Shown piece by piece: positions 8,608 through 18,317 of a stretch of 37,821 nt of DNA; within the stretch, counting starts at the first letter, position 1; the number at the start of each line of letters is the position of its first letter. Both the position numbers and the translations under genes were made by a program. The stretch is from positions 1 to 37,821 of the forward strand of contig JBIOIY010000029.1 in the NCBI GenBank assembly GCA_044450345.1, given 5' to 3'. The notes beneath the pieces are model-generated. The model was not told where the DNA came from and ran no database searches. It saw only the letters and a list, made by a program, of their open reading frames with translations. Source of the DNA: Thermodesulfovibrionales bacterium (lineage in GTDB: Bacteria > Nitrospirota > Thermodesulfovibrionia > Thermodesulfovibrionales > UBA6898).

Positions 8608-9006
8608 TTATTCTTTCGACTGATGATTGGGACGATTGTTTTCAGCTCCGCCGTCGGATTTCAAGTTATGGGCGACAAAGAAAAACCCGATGGATATTAT
8701 GACAGTGATGCAGGCCACGGTGAAGGCGAGTGATCTCCCATGCCACAACCCGGCAAACCAACGCATGAACTGATCCGCAAGCACATTCACTTTCCCGCCG
8801 TAGAGCTCCAGGTCATGTATATACATCTTGGAATCTTCCGGGGAAATCGGATACACATGTCCCCCTGACGCTTCATATCCCAAAACTCCCTGCAAGTCAT
8901 CGCCGGCCCTCAGATAGATCAAGACGGCACTACCCAAGCCGGCCATCAGGATAATGGCGGTGATGAGGTAAAGGCGTGATTGCAGATTAGTTATTTCCCG
9001 TTTCAT
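8608..9006 (-). CDS. hypothetical two-TM membrane protein
   Basis: Two hydrophobic helices flanking a LELYGGK loop. Confidence 0.75.
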   Translation of the reverse strand: MKREITNLQSRLYLITAIILMAGLGSAVLIYLRAGDDLQGVLGYEASGGHVYPISPEDSKMYIHDLELYGGKVNVLADQFMRWFAGLWHGRSLAFTVACITVIISIGFFFVAHNLKSDGGAENNRPNHQSKE

Positions 9007-9093
9007 GGTATGCCTGTTTTTCGTCCATCATCGTGAACCCAGATCGGCATGGAGTCATTCTGCTCCATTCACGATACGTTAAGATTTTGCTTC

Positions 9094-10743
9094 CTAAAAA
9101 CTAGTTCCTTTTTTTTTCTTCGGAAAGGATTTTGAAGAGGTGGCCTTCGCTTTTGTGACCGTTACCTTCCTTCCCCTGATGACCGCCCTGTTCATAGCGG
9201 TAATGACCTTTTCGACGATCCCGGAAGGTACCTCGAAGAACGTAAAATTGTCCATAATATCTATCTTTCCGACGCTCTTCCCGGGGATGCCTGCCTCGAC
9301 AGCGATTGACTTAAGTATTTCGGCGGTCTGGATCTTGTCTTTACGACCCAGGGTCATAAAGAGCCTGGTCATGCCTTTTTCGCCTGTCCCTTGTTGCCCG
9401 GTCCTTTTTTCACCGGCAGGCCGTGGCTGGTACTTCACGAGCTCAGGCACCTCCATGCTTCCGAATGCGATTGAAAGGGCCGCCGCTCCGAGTTCCTCTA
9501 TGTCGGCAGATTCGGCAAGCTCCCTGATAACGGCCATATAGGTCCTGTGGTTCCCCTTCTCTATGATCTCCGACAGGTCGGCTTTTATCTGTCTCTGGCG
9601 GGCCTTCCTGACCTCGGTAGCCGAAGGGACCTCCTGCCTGTCCAGTTTCGTCTTCGCGACCCTCTCTATCAGTTGTAGCTGACGGTATTCGCGGGGCGTC
9701 ACAAACGTGACCGCTATCCCTGTGCGCCCGGCCCTTCCGGTACGGCCGATCCTGTGGATATACCCTTCGGGGTTCTGGGGGATGCTGTAGTTGATGACAT
9801 GGCTGATATTTTCCACGTCTATACCCCTGCCTGCCACGTCGGTGGCGACGAGGATATCGACCCTGCCCTCCTTGAATTTCCCCATCATGTCTTCCCTGTG
9901 CGACTGGGTAAAGTCCCCGTGGAGGGCGCCCGCGTTATAGCCGAGTTTCTGCAGCCTGGCCGAGACGTCATCGACCTCTCTTTTGGTATGGCAGAAAATT
10001 AGCGTGCGTTCGGGCGACTCCACGTCGAGGAGCCTTCTCAGGACCTCGGGCTTGTCCCTTTCGAGCACCTCGTAAAACACCTGTTTGATCTTGGGTGCTA
10101 TGATGTCTTCTACGTTGATCGCGATCTTGATCGGATCGCGCATGTGTCTCTTTGAGATCTTGAGGATCTCGGGGGGCATTGTGGCCGAGTACAGCATTGT
10201 CTGCCTCGTTGCGGGGGTCATATCGAGTATCTTTTCGATGTCGACGATAAACCCCATGTCGAGCATTTCATCGGCCTCGTCGAGAACAACTGTCGAAACG
10301 CTCCCCACGGACATCGTCCCTCTGTTAAGATGGTCGAGGATACGTCCCGGTGTCCCGACTACGATATTAGTGCCCTGCCGGAGGGCCTTCATCTGATCTA
10401 CTATCGATGCGCCCCCGTAGACCGTCAGGATCGAACACTTCTTGTATTTCGAGAGTGAGCTTAATTCTTCTGAAACCTGGAGGGCCAGTTCGCGAGTGGG
10501 TTCTATGATGAGGGCAGAGGGTTTCTTGCCGGAGAAATTCTTTTCGATGATCGGGATGCCGAAGGACGCGGTCTTGCCCGTGCCTGTCTGTGCCTGACCG
10601 ATTATGTCGCGGCCTTCGAGCGCATGGGGTATGGTCAATTCCTGGATCGGCGTCGGCTCCTCAAAACCCATCTCGCTGATCGCCTTGATCACAGCCGGAC
10701 TCAGGTTCAGGTCGTTAAAACTTCCTGTCACTTTTTTTTCCAA
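9094..10743 (-). CDS. DEAD-box RNA helicase (CsdA/CshA type, DbpA RNA-binding domain)
   Basis: Q-motif, AQTGTGKT, PTRELA, DEAD, SAT, HRIGRTGR and a C-terminal DbpA-type domain; TTG start with SD AAAGGAG. Confidence 0.95.
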   Translation of the reverse strand: MEKKVTGSFNDLNLSPAVIKAISEMGFEEPTPIQELTIPHALEGRDIIGQAQTGTGKTASFGIPIIEKNFSGKKPSALIIEPTRELALQVSEELSSLSKYKKCSILTVYGGASIVDQMKALRQGTNIVVGTPGRILDHLNRGTMSVGSVSTVVLDEADEMLDMGFIVDIEKILDMTPATRQTMLYSATMPPEILKISKRHMRDPIKIAINVEDIIAPKIKQVFYEVLERDKPEVLRRLLDVESPERTLIFCHTKREVDDVSARLQKLGYNAGALHGDFTQSHREDMMGKFKEGRVDILVATDVAGRGIDVENISHVINYSIPQNPEGYIHRIGRTGRAGRTGIAVTFVTPREYRQLQLIERVAKTKLDRQEVPSATEVRKARQRQIKADLSEIIEKGNHRTYMAVIRELAESADIEELGAAALSIAFGSMEVPELVKYQPRPAGEKRTGQQGTGEKGMTRLFMTLGRKDKIQTAEILKSIAVEAGIPGKSVGKIDIMDNFTFFEVPSGIVEKVITAMNRAVIRGRKVTVTKAKATSSKSFPKKKKGTSF

Positions 10744-10836
10744 TAACAGCTCCTTTGGTCAGGTGAAAAAATAAAACCCCAGGACCTTAATATCCCTGAG
10801 GCTGATTATGTGTGAGAGAAGTACTATGGCCCGTTT

Positions 10837-10866
10837 ATTATGGAAGAGTTGCCGGCTGTTTGTCAA
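10837..10866 (-). promoter_or_regulatory. sigma70 promoter of the DEAD-box helicase
   Basis: TTGACA-18 nt-CATAAT on the minus strand. Confidence 0.65.
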
Positions 10867-10934
10867 ACGCAATCCCCTGAAAAAGAGGCAGGTTGGAAGC
10901 GGGGAGCAGGGAAAAAGGATGACCCCCGGCGCCG

Positions 10935-11447
10935 TCAGTGTCGAAGAGATTTCCGCCCGAGCAGTCCGCCCTGAACTGCAATGCCCAATAAGAAAAGAAG
11001 GATTAAGAGCAGCCCGGGCAGCTGCGTGCCGAAGTGGAATGACCTGACGATGAGATCTGCTCCGATGAAAGAAGAAAGGACAATGAGCGTCCAGCGGAAC
11101 AATACCTTCATTAGTAACGCTCCGATCACACCGCCTAAGATGAATAGGAGCCAATGGTAATGGCCGATGCCCCCGCCATACTCTTTAAGCAGCGCGACGA
11201 GCAGGTAGCCTCCCGCAACAAATCCTCCGACCAAAACAGCGACTTTCTGAAAAAAGACGGCGAGCATCGCCCCCGCAACCCCGGCGCAGAGGGCGATGAC
11301 AAAGATGACAGTCTGCGGCTGGCCGTGAATTATCTGTTTCGCTATATCATAGCCGAAGACGAATCCGATACCCCCGAGGAAAAGCCAGTAGAGTCTGCGG
11401 CCCATCGTGAGCATTGCGGTCCCAAGGACCAATCTGAAGATGTCCAT
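10935..11447 (-). CDS. Gly-rich polytopic membrane protein (DUF4203/TMEM198-like)
   Basis: GRRLYWLFLGGIGF start, about six Gly-rich TM helices, GIAVQ end. Confidence 0.8.
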   Translation of the reverse strand: MDIFRLVLGTAMLTMGRRLYWLFLGGIGFVFGYDIAKQIIHGQPQTVIFVIALCAGVAGAMLAVFFQKVAVLVGGFVAGGYLLVALLKEYGGGIGHYHWLLFILGGVIGALLMKVLFRWTLIVLSSFIGADLIVRSFHFGTQLPGLLLILLFLLGIAVQGGLLGRKSLRH

Positions 11448-11572
11448 GACAGTAATAGTGTATCATTTATAGCTGAAAATGCTGGAGATAAAAGGACTCG
11501 CTGCCCCGTCCTCCGCGGCAGGGAACCGATGTCTGCTGCAAGCGCAGTTCCTGAGAAAGCCTAGTATCTATA

Positions 11573-11605
11573 GAGGGGGGGCGGTTGCAACCGCCCTCTT
11601 TTTTT
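11573..11605 (+). terminator. Rho-independent terminator with no upstream + strand CDS
   Basis: GGGCGGTT-GC-AACCGCCC followed by TCTTTTTTT. Confidence 0.75.
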
Positions 11606-11718
11606 GTATACATGCAGTTTTCTTTGTCTTTGCAACACTTCCTTCCTGAAATTTTTGCACTTCAAAAAATCCTTCAAACATTGTATATTTCAAGTAGAAT
11701 TCACGAATGGGGGTAAAC

Positions 11719-11946
11719 ATGACAGATAGGAATAAGAAACTCGATGAGATAGCAAATCAACTTGATGAAAATATATTGGCCGTAAAGGGGACATTGGAAC
11801 TCATAGACACATCGGTTACGGAAGATGAACTACATCAGCTTTTGCTTAAGGCAATTGACAGGATGGATGTGGTTCAGCGAGTCTCGAACGAAATGCTTAA
11901 TGCCTTAAGAAACTGCTTCGACAAAATGGGTGACATGAAGGAATAA
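11719..11946 (+). CDS. small helical protein resembling a HisKA/DHp domain without the His
   Basis: IANQLDENILAVKGTLELID...DRMDVVQRVSNEML; 75 aa (alternative start 11707). Confidence 0.7.
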   Translation: MTDRNKKLDEIANQLDENILAVKGTLELIDTSVTEDELHQLLLKAIDRMDVVQRVSNEMLNALRNCFDKMGDMKE

Positions 11947-12217
11947 TTAAGCACCCCATTCTTTCCTGAAACAGACAGCCCGAGGCTTTTTCTAAAAGGT
12001 TTTTCATTTCGATTGCGACCTTGAAGGAGTTTCGGTTTCCTGAGAGTATTGACTCATAATTGTGCAAACTTCTGCGGCTGGTTCTGCCCGGAAGGGGCGC
12101 TGTTCGAGTATGCGGATTTTCTTACTTTGAAAATCTTGGGGAGGAGGAGTATTTACGGCAGGAAGCGGAACGACCCCCAAGGGATGGAAGGGGGACATTC
12201 CCCGCTTGGAATAACCG

Positions 12218-14236
12218 TCAATCTCCGAGGATAGTCTTTATGTTGGCGAAGAACTTCTTCGCATGGACCTTTTCCTGCTCCGGGGTCAGCTTTTCGAATC
12301 GGTCGACTTTTTTGACCGCATCTTCCGGTATTTCATCAAGGAACCTGGAGGGAACAGAAGGCTGCTCCTTACCGTACTTGGACCTGTGGTCCGTGTAGGT
12401 AATATAAAGTTCGTTCATAGCCCTCGTGATCCCAACGTAAAAGAGCCTTCTTTCCTCTTCGATCCCTTCACTCGTGTGAACCGATTTCTTGTGGGGCAAT
12501 ATCTCATCCTCCACGCCGACGATGAAGACGACGGGAAATTCCAGTCCCTTCGAAGAATGAAATGATATGAGGATGACGCCCCGTCCGCTCTCTTCCTCCT
12601 TCTCCTCGATCAGATCGGTCAGGGCCATCGTCTCAAGGAACCCGTGAAGTGAAGGCGAGTTTTCAGAGGATTCATAATGGGTTATGGAATCGACGAACCC
12701 ATCGAGGTTTTCTATCTTCCTGAACGCAACCTCAGGCGTCTTATAAAGCTCGCTGATATAGTCCCGGTAATTGATCTCTTCGATGAGAAGTCTGAGGGTC
12801 TTGCCCATCTCCCGGCCCTTCTTGAATATATCTCGATAACGCCCGATCAGCGCTGAAAGCGCTGCTGCCGAAGAAGCCGCCTTTTGTCCTATGCCGGGGA
12901 TGGTGGATGCCCTCCCAAATGCATCGAGAAGGCTCAAAGAATTCTTACTGCTGAAATCGGATAGCATACCGAGTGCCGAAGGCCCCAACCCCTTCTTCGG
13001 CGCGCTGGCCGCCCGCAGGAGGCTGAGGTCGTCCGAGGGGTTTGCGATGATCTTCAGATAAGCCGCAAGGTCCTTGATCTCCTTGTGTTCGAAATAGCTT
13101 GTGCCGCCGACGACAGAATAAGGGATGCGTTTTCTCCTCAGGGCCTCCTCGAAGGGCCTTGAAAAGAGGTTCGCCCTGTAGATGACCGCAAAATCTTCGC
13201 AGGGATTATTCCTCTCAAACTGTATCATCGAGATTTTGTCGGCCACCCAGGCGGCCTCATCCTCCGTGTCAATCGCCTTAAAGATATTGACCTTCGGGCC
13301 TTCTCCTCTCGCGGTCCAGAGGGATTTTTCCATTCTCTTCCTGTTGTTCATTATCACGCCGTTTGCGGCCTTGAGGATATGCCCGAAGGAACGGTAGTTC
13401 TGTTCGAGCCTCACCGTCACTGTGCCGGGAAAATCCCTCTCGAAGTCAAGGATGTTGCCCAGGTTTGCGCCTCTCCATCCATAAATGGACTGGTCGTCGT
13501 CGCCCACCACGCAGAGGTTCTTTCTGTCGCCCGCAAGAAGTTTGATGAAATCATACTGGACGCGGTTCGTGTCCTGGTACTCGTCGACCATGATGTACCT
13601 GAACCTCTCCCTGTATCTTTCGAGGACGGCAGGATGTTCCCTGAAGAGTTTTAAAGTGAGCAGGAGCAGGTCGTCGAAGTCGAGTGCGTTCAGCGATTTC
13701 AGTGCCTCCAGATAGCGGGGATAGATCATCGCCGAGGCCTCTTCTATCGGATCGTCTGCCGATGCGGGCTCCGGAGGGGTAAAATCGTTCTTTGTCCTGC
13801 TTATCTTTTCCAGGATCGATTCGGCCTTGAAGCTCTTGTCATAGAATTTGATGTCCGACAGGATGTTCCGGAGGAGGGAAACCTGCTCCGAGGCGTCGTA
13901 GATCGTGAAGTCCTTCCGGTACCCGAGATGTTCGATCTCTCTCCTGAGTATCCTGAGACAGAGGGAATGGAAGGTAGATATGACCGGTGTCCCCTCCCCC
14001 CCTCTCACCATCGACTTTACCCTTTGCTGCATCTCTCTGGCGGCCTTGTTCGTAAAGGTGACCGCCAGGACCGATCCCGCCCTGACTCCCTTATGTATAA
14101 GATAGGCGGTCCTCATCGTGATAACCCGTGTCTTTCCCGAGCCTGCCCCCGCCAGGATGAGGAGAGGGCCGTCGATATGCATGACCGCTTCCTTCTGCCT
14201 TGGGTTAAGACGCGCAATTGCCTTATATATATCCAT
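12218..14236 (-). CDS. UvrD/Rep/PcrA superfamily-1 DNA helicase
   Basis: LAGAGSGKT, FTNKAA, VDEYQD, GDDDQSIYGWRGA, HSSKGLEF, EERRLFYVGITRA. Confidence 0.96.
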   Translation of the reverse strand: MDIYKAIARLNPRQKEAVMHIDGPLLILAGAGSGKTRVITMRTAYLIHKGVRAGSVLAVTFTNKAAREMQQRVKSMVRGGEGTPVISTFHSLCLRILRREIEHLGYRKDFTIYDASEQVSLLRNILSDIKFYDKSFKAESILEKISRTKNDFTPPEPASADDPIEEASAMIYPRYLEALKSLNALDFDDLLLLTLKLFREHPAVLERYRERFRYIMVDEYQDTNRVQYDFIKLLAGDRKNLCVVGDDDQSIYGWRGANLGNILDFERDFPGTVTVRLEQNYRSFGHILKAANGVIMNNRKRMEKSLWTARGEGPKVNIFKAIDTEDEAAWVADKISMIQFERNNPCEDFAVIYRANLFSRPFEEALRRKRIPYSVVGGTSYFEHKEIKDLAAYLKIIANPSDDLSLLRAASAPKKGLGPSALGMLSDFSSKNSLSLLDAFGRASTIPGIGQKAASSAAALSALIGRYRDIFKKGREMGKTLRLLIEEINYRDYISELYKTPEVAFRKIENLDGFVDSITHYESSENSPSLHGFLETMALTDLIEEKEEESGRGVILISFHSSKGLEFPVVFIVGVEDEILPHKKSVHTSEGIEEERRLFYVGITRAMNELYITYTDHRSKYGKEQPSVPSRFLDEIPEDAVKKVDRFEKLTPEQEKVHAKKFFANIKTILGD

Positions 14237-14465
14237 TGATGGTTAATTTCCTTTCAGATACTCACCTCGAAGGAGAACCCCGGGGTGAGCCTTTCTCAAC
14301 CGGCAGGATAGCCGCTGAAAAACATCAGCGATCTATATTACCGATTTGCGAAATAGAAGGCAATAAAACGATAAAAGTGCAATCAGTCTTGCTTTCGCCC
14401 CGGGACGATACCTGTCCCAAGGCGGAGACAGTGCGTTTCGAAGGCAGAAGGGCTAAGGTCTTTTT

Positions 14466-15251
14466 TCAGAGCGAATGGATAACTGCCGGCTCAAACATGG
14501 AATCTGCTATCTCCGGATTTATAAAATATTTGTCGATTACCGTCTGGGCTATTTTCATCCCTCCTGCATAGTTGGTGATCCTGAAGGGGAATAAGGAGCC
14601 TCCTGCGCTCTTAAAGTCCGAGAATTCGGCGGAAAGATATGTCGATTTGTTGTCTGCGCTGAAGTACCCTGTGACTTTTACAATAAGAGAACTGTGCTCG
14701 TCAATATAGATATCAAGGACCCCGCCCTCTTTGTCGTTGAGGTGAAAGACCTCAACGGCTGTCCCGTTTAGAGAAGACCGTCCGGCAGAACGTATCTGAT
14801 ATGTTCCCTTCACGAGATCATGGAGTATGTCCAGGTGCTTGTAATGATATACCATCGCGAGGTATCGCGGGCCGAACACTTCTTCAGGGGGAAGAGATTC
14901 GGTGGCCCTGTATCCTCTGTCCCCGTTCAGTATCCTGAGTTCCCATGAACGCTTGTACTTAGTTTCCACGCGCAGTTTCCTTCCTCTTTTGAAATACAAT
15001 TCATACGTCCCGCGGTCATGGAGCATAAACGCCTCGAGCTCCCCTTTTGCATGGATGGCATGTATGCCTTCGATGGCGTCTCTGCCGCCATACACTTCGA
15101 TGACTTTATCGATTAGGGAGGTTATCCTTTGCGTCTCATCCGTGGCTGTTTCTGCAAAGAGGTTTTCTGATCTCGAGATAAAAAAGACGCATAGAAAAAC
15201 GCAAAAAAGGACCCGGGGAACACGATGTCTGATTCGTGGACTTTTATTCAT
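14466..15251 (-). CDS. exported hypothetical protein (beta-rich, LolA-like fold possible)
   Basis: N-terminal signal-like segment; YGG...FSDFK...PF...INPEIADSMF pattern. Confidence 0.75.
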   Translation of the reverse strand: MNKSPRIRHRVPRVLFCVFLCVFFISRSENLFAETATDETQRITSLIDKVIEVYGGRDAIEGIHAIHAKGELEAFMLHDRGTYELYFKRGRKLRVETKYKRSWELRILNGDRGYRATESLPPEEVFGPRYLAMVYHYKHLDILHDLVKGTYQIRSAGRSSLNGTAVEVFHLNDKEGGVLDIYIDEHSSLIVKVTGYFSADNKSTYLSAEFSDFKSAGGSLFPFRITNYAGGMKIAQTVIDKYFINPEIADSMFEPAVIHSL

Positions 15252-15395
15252 AGCTAATGATAGTCCTTCGCTAAAGTAATTTCAATGTAAATGCTAGTGG
15301 TCAAAACGACTTGATTATAGTATAATTGCTAGAGAGTGCGTCTTAGAAAAAGAGGGAGCAAGACTCTATATCTCATATCGTAAGGAGGAGAAAGC

Positions 15396-15785
15396 ATGGC
15401 AGCAAAAGGAAAAGCGACGTCCAAGAAGCCAGTAAAAAAGACCGTTACGGCCAAGAAGGTTGTCAAGAAAACAACGGCAGCCAAAAAAACGGTCAAGAAG
15501 TCAGCCGCCCCGAAGAAAGTTGTAAAGAAAAAGAGGGTACCTAATCCGGCATTTATGAAGCCCATGAAACCCAGCGACGCACTTGCCAAGGTAGTCGGCA
15601 GCAAACCGCTTCCGAGGACGGAGATAACCAAGAAGTTATGGGAGTACATCAAGAAAAATAAACTCCAGGATACGGTGAACAGGAGGAATATCAATGCCGA
15701 TGCCAACCTCCTGGCGGTGTTCGGCGGGAAGAAACAAGTTTCGATGTTCGATATGACCAAACTGGTCAACAAACACCTGAGCTAA
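15396..15785 (+). CDS. SWIB/MDM2-domain protein with histone H1-like Lys/Ala-rich N-terminus
   Basis: AKKVVKK repeats, then PSDALAKVVG...KKLWEYIKKNKLQD...INAD...VSMFDM; SD AAGGAGG. Confidence 0.92.
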   Translation: MAAKGKATSKKPVKKTVTAKKVVKKTTAAKKTVKKSAAPKKVVKKKRVPNPAFMKPMKPSDALAKVVGSKPLPRTEITKKLWEYIKKNKLQDTVNRRNINADANLLAVFGGKKQVSMFDMTKLVNKHLS

Positions 15786-15798
15786 AGGACATATCCAG

Positions 15799-15836
15799 AA
15801 AAAGGCAGGAAGGACTTGTCCTCTCCTGCCTTTTTT
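15799..15836. terminator. bidirectional terminator
   Basis: AAAAAGGCAGGA...TCCTGCCTTTTTT between convergent genes. Confidence 0.85.
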
Positions 15837-15908
15837 GTGCCCAGCGAAGGAAATGGCGGAAAGGGATACAGACAGAGAAGCCGGCTCGAAGGCGGTGTGA
15901 TGTGCGGG

Positions 15909-16778
15909 CTAAAGGATGCTCTGCCGGTCGCGCAATTTCAGGTTGGCTGCGAAGGATCTCGCCGCAATAGGATTAGCGGCTTCCGGAGGTATCCCTATCT
16001 CCCCAAAGACACGTCCGCATAATTCCATCGGGTCGGGCGAGGGTTTGTCGCCGGCCGCATTCAAGACGGCCTCATGGATGCGCTGAAGGTAATTCAATGC
16101 ATCGTCAAGCCGCAGATATACGTCTTCGCCCTCTCTTGGTTCGTCCCAGGATGAAAGGAGATACCGGAGACCTTCGACGCCTTTCAGCTTTTTTATAGAT
16201 GCAACCGAGGCAAGGACATCTTCATATATGGGCATCTCTCCCGGGACCGGTACCGCGTCTCCCGAAAAAAGCGCCATGTATCCAAGGAGGAGGATGGAGA
16301 TCGAGCCCCGCGAGTGACCGGGTGTGTGGAAAATCCGAAGTTTCAGTCCGCAGCCCAGATCGAATGTCTCTCCGTCTTCGAGTATCCTGTCCACGGCCAC
16401 TGAACCGGACACGAGATTATCGAACCCCGGCACAGGCCTCTCTTTGGCCTGCAGTTGCACGTTCTCGATCCATGCCTTTTCCGCCGGGTGCACTGCAACA
16501 GAGCATCCTGTCTCCGCCTTTATTGTCCTTGTAGCCCCTATATGGTCGGGATGCGCATGGGTCTGGATGATCAGCGAGATATCTTGAACCTTGCGGTCAG
16601 TCTTTCTCAGGTAATCGAAGATGATTTCTTCCGATGAGGCAACGCCGGTATCGATAAGGAAGACACTATTAGTGCCGTAAATAAGATAGATATAGACAAA
16701 ACGTTCGATGTACACCCCCGATGGGGTGGTTATTGAGAAAGGAACCCTGATCGCATGAACGTGCTTACAGATCTGCAT
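15909..16778 (-). CDS. MBL-fold metallo-hydrolase
   Basis: LIDTG, THAHPDHIG, TPGHSRG, FSGD. Confidence 0.92.
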   Translation of the reverse strand: MQICKHVHAIRVPFSITTPSGVYIERFVYIYLIYGTNSVFLIDTGVASSEEIIFDYLRKTDRKVQDISLIIQTHAHPDHIGATRTIKAETGCSVAVHPAEKAWIENVQLQAKERPVPGFDNLVSGSVAVDRILEDGETFDLGCGLKLRIFHTPGHSRGSISILLLGYMALFSGDAVPVPGEMPIYEDVLASVASIKKLKGVEGLRYLLSSWDEPREGEDVYLRLDDALNYLQRIHEAVLNAAGDKPSPDPMELCGRVFGEIGIPPEAANPIAARSFAANLKLRDRQSIL

Positions 16779-16935
16779 CGTTACCTCTTATTCAGAATGA
16801 CGTAATAGATTATTATACGATATTGGCAACCGTTTGCCGGTGCCAAAACTCATTTGAAGTTTTTAAAGAGGGATTTCAGCCGTTCGGCGTATGTCCTATT
16901 TCGCCTTTTTACGGCGGTTGGTATTTTACATAAGA

Positions 16936-17394
16936 TCAAGATACCATTTTAATGACCGTTGGCTTTACAAGCCTTGCAAAGTCCTTATACGACAATTTCA
17001 TCAGCTCAATGTGTGACCCCGCATTGAATGCTATCTCTTCGTCGCGGGTCAGATCCTCTTCCACATACACCTCCATGCCATAGAGATTCCCGAAGGGCGG
17101 CATGGCCCCAACCTCGCAATCGGGAAAAATGTCTATGAACTCCTGCTCGCCTGCGAGTTCCGCCATGGAGCCGATTGCGGCCTTCAGAAGAGCGAAGTCG
17201 ATTTTTTGAGAGGCGGGCAACACAGCCATCGCCATCCTGCCGTCTATTTTTACCATCACTGTCTTGGCCATCTCCCGTCCGGAGATATGCGCCGACTGCG
17301 CGGTTTCCTGAGATGTATATGTCTCATAGTGGGCAACAGACTCGTATTTGACGTTCTCGCTGTCCAGATATTCCTTCAATTTCTTCAGCGGCAC
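16936..17394 (-). CDS. YbaK/ProX-family aminoacyl-tRNA deacylase
   Basis: MAKTV, FPDCEVGAMPPFG, FNAGSH; GTG start. Confidence 0.9.
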   Translation of the reverse strand: MPLKKLKEYLDSENVKYESVAHYETYTSQETAQSAHISGREMAKTVMVKIDGRMAMAVLPASQKIDFALLKAAIGSMAELAGEQEFIDIFPDCEVGAMPPFGNLYGMEVYVEEDLTRDEEIAFNAGSHIELMKLSYKDFARLVKPTVIKMVS

Positions 17395-17453
17395 GGCAAC
17401 CCCCTCTTTTCTTACTTCCTTATTCCGGCAAAGGCTTTGCTATTGTTTCGCCC

Positions 17454-18317
17454 CTATAGCGCACCTGCAACCTTTGCTGCCCGGCGCAATTCATCATAGT
17501 CCTTATCTTTAATGGGCGCAAAACCATCGAGTTTTGCGCTCCCCAATACCTTCTCGGATTGACCTGATTTCGGCTTGAGCTTGAGCAATGCGGCCTTTAT
17601 CTTCATCGCCGCATTTTTATTCAACTTGGGGGTGGCAAAGACGGGCCAATTCGGGAAATAGTCGGTATATCCCACAATTTTTATTTGCGAGAGGTTGACC
17701 TTTTCTTTCATCTTCTCCAGGTCATCCTCCCGAATGCCGCCTGCATCGGCAGTGCCGATGTAAACGGCAATGGTGACATTATCATGTTTCTTCGCAAAGG
17801 GCAATGTGATAAAATCCTTGTGAATATCCATCCCGGCTTTGCTGAGCGAAAGCATTTGAAAAATGTATCCGGCAGCGGAATCCTTATCTACAAATATAAG
17901 TTTTTTCCCTTTGAGATCCTGAAGTTTATTGATGCCGCTGTCACTCTTGGCGATAATGATCCCGCGGAATTTTGAGCCCCCCTTCGATTCCGATGCGACC
18001 GCAAGAGGTTCAAGGTCCAAATCTCTCTTAAGCCCGACATAGATAAGAGGATTTGCGAACCCGATATCCGCCTGCCCGGCCTTTATCATCTCTTGATATG
18101 CGGCAAAATCTTTCGCAGTTACTACACTCACCTTTTCCCCCACTTCATTGGTCAAATACTCCGCAAGGGGCTTAAACATGGTATACAGTTCGCCTATGCT
18201 TAGACGCGGCAGTACGGCAAACTTGATCTCTGCAGAGGCGACAGACCCCATAAGACTCGATATCAAAACGACCGCAAAAAACGCTGTTATCCCGAGCTGC
18301 TTTATTCTTAATACCAT
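17454..18317 (-). CDS. PhnD/PtxB-type (phosphate/phosphonate) substrate-binding protein
   Basis: Signal peptide, FKPLAEYL, DLKGKK...DSAAGY, HDNV, DKDYDELR; SD AGGAGG before ATG 18317. Confidence 0.85.
   Translation of the reverse strand: MVLRIKQLGITAFFAVVLISSLMGSVASAEIKFAVLPRLSIGELYTMFKPLAEYLTNEVGEKVSVVTAKDFAAYQEMIKAGQADIGFANPLIYVGLKRDLDLEPLAVASESKGGSKFRGIIIAKSDSGINKLQDLKGKKLIFVDKDSAAGYIFQMLSLSKAGMDIHKDFITLPFAKKHDNVTIAVYIGTADAGGIREDDLEKMKEKVNLSQIKIVGYTDYFPNWPVFATPKLNKNAAMKIKAALLKLKPKSGQSEKVLGSAKLDGFAPIKDKDYDELRRAAKVAGAL

Noticed and set aside
11490..11605. TPP, cobalamin or c-di-GMP riboswitch
   Set aside because: Only isolated words (CTGAGA, CTGCCCC) match; the conserved cores are missing
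1620..11605. Similar GGGCGG-GCAA-CCGCCC hairpins at 1620 and 11579 as a REP/MITE family
   Set aside because: Two short copies only; explained as ordinary GC-rich terminators
6070..14236. Three helicases within about 8 kb as a possible defence island
   Set aside because: All are canonical housekeeping types with host-like composition, separate transcription units and no nuclease partner
14281..14330. Hairpins in the uvrD/rep leader (CTCACC/GGTGAG at 14261-14289 and CGCTGA/TCAGCG)
   Set aside because: Short stems with no recognisable motif; not enough to call an RNA element
16823..16838. TTGGCAACCGTTTGCC sigma-54-like site
   Set aside because: GG-to-GC spacing is 9 nt, not the required 10
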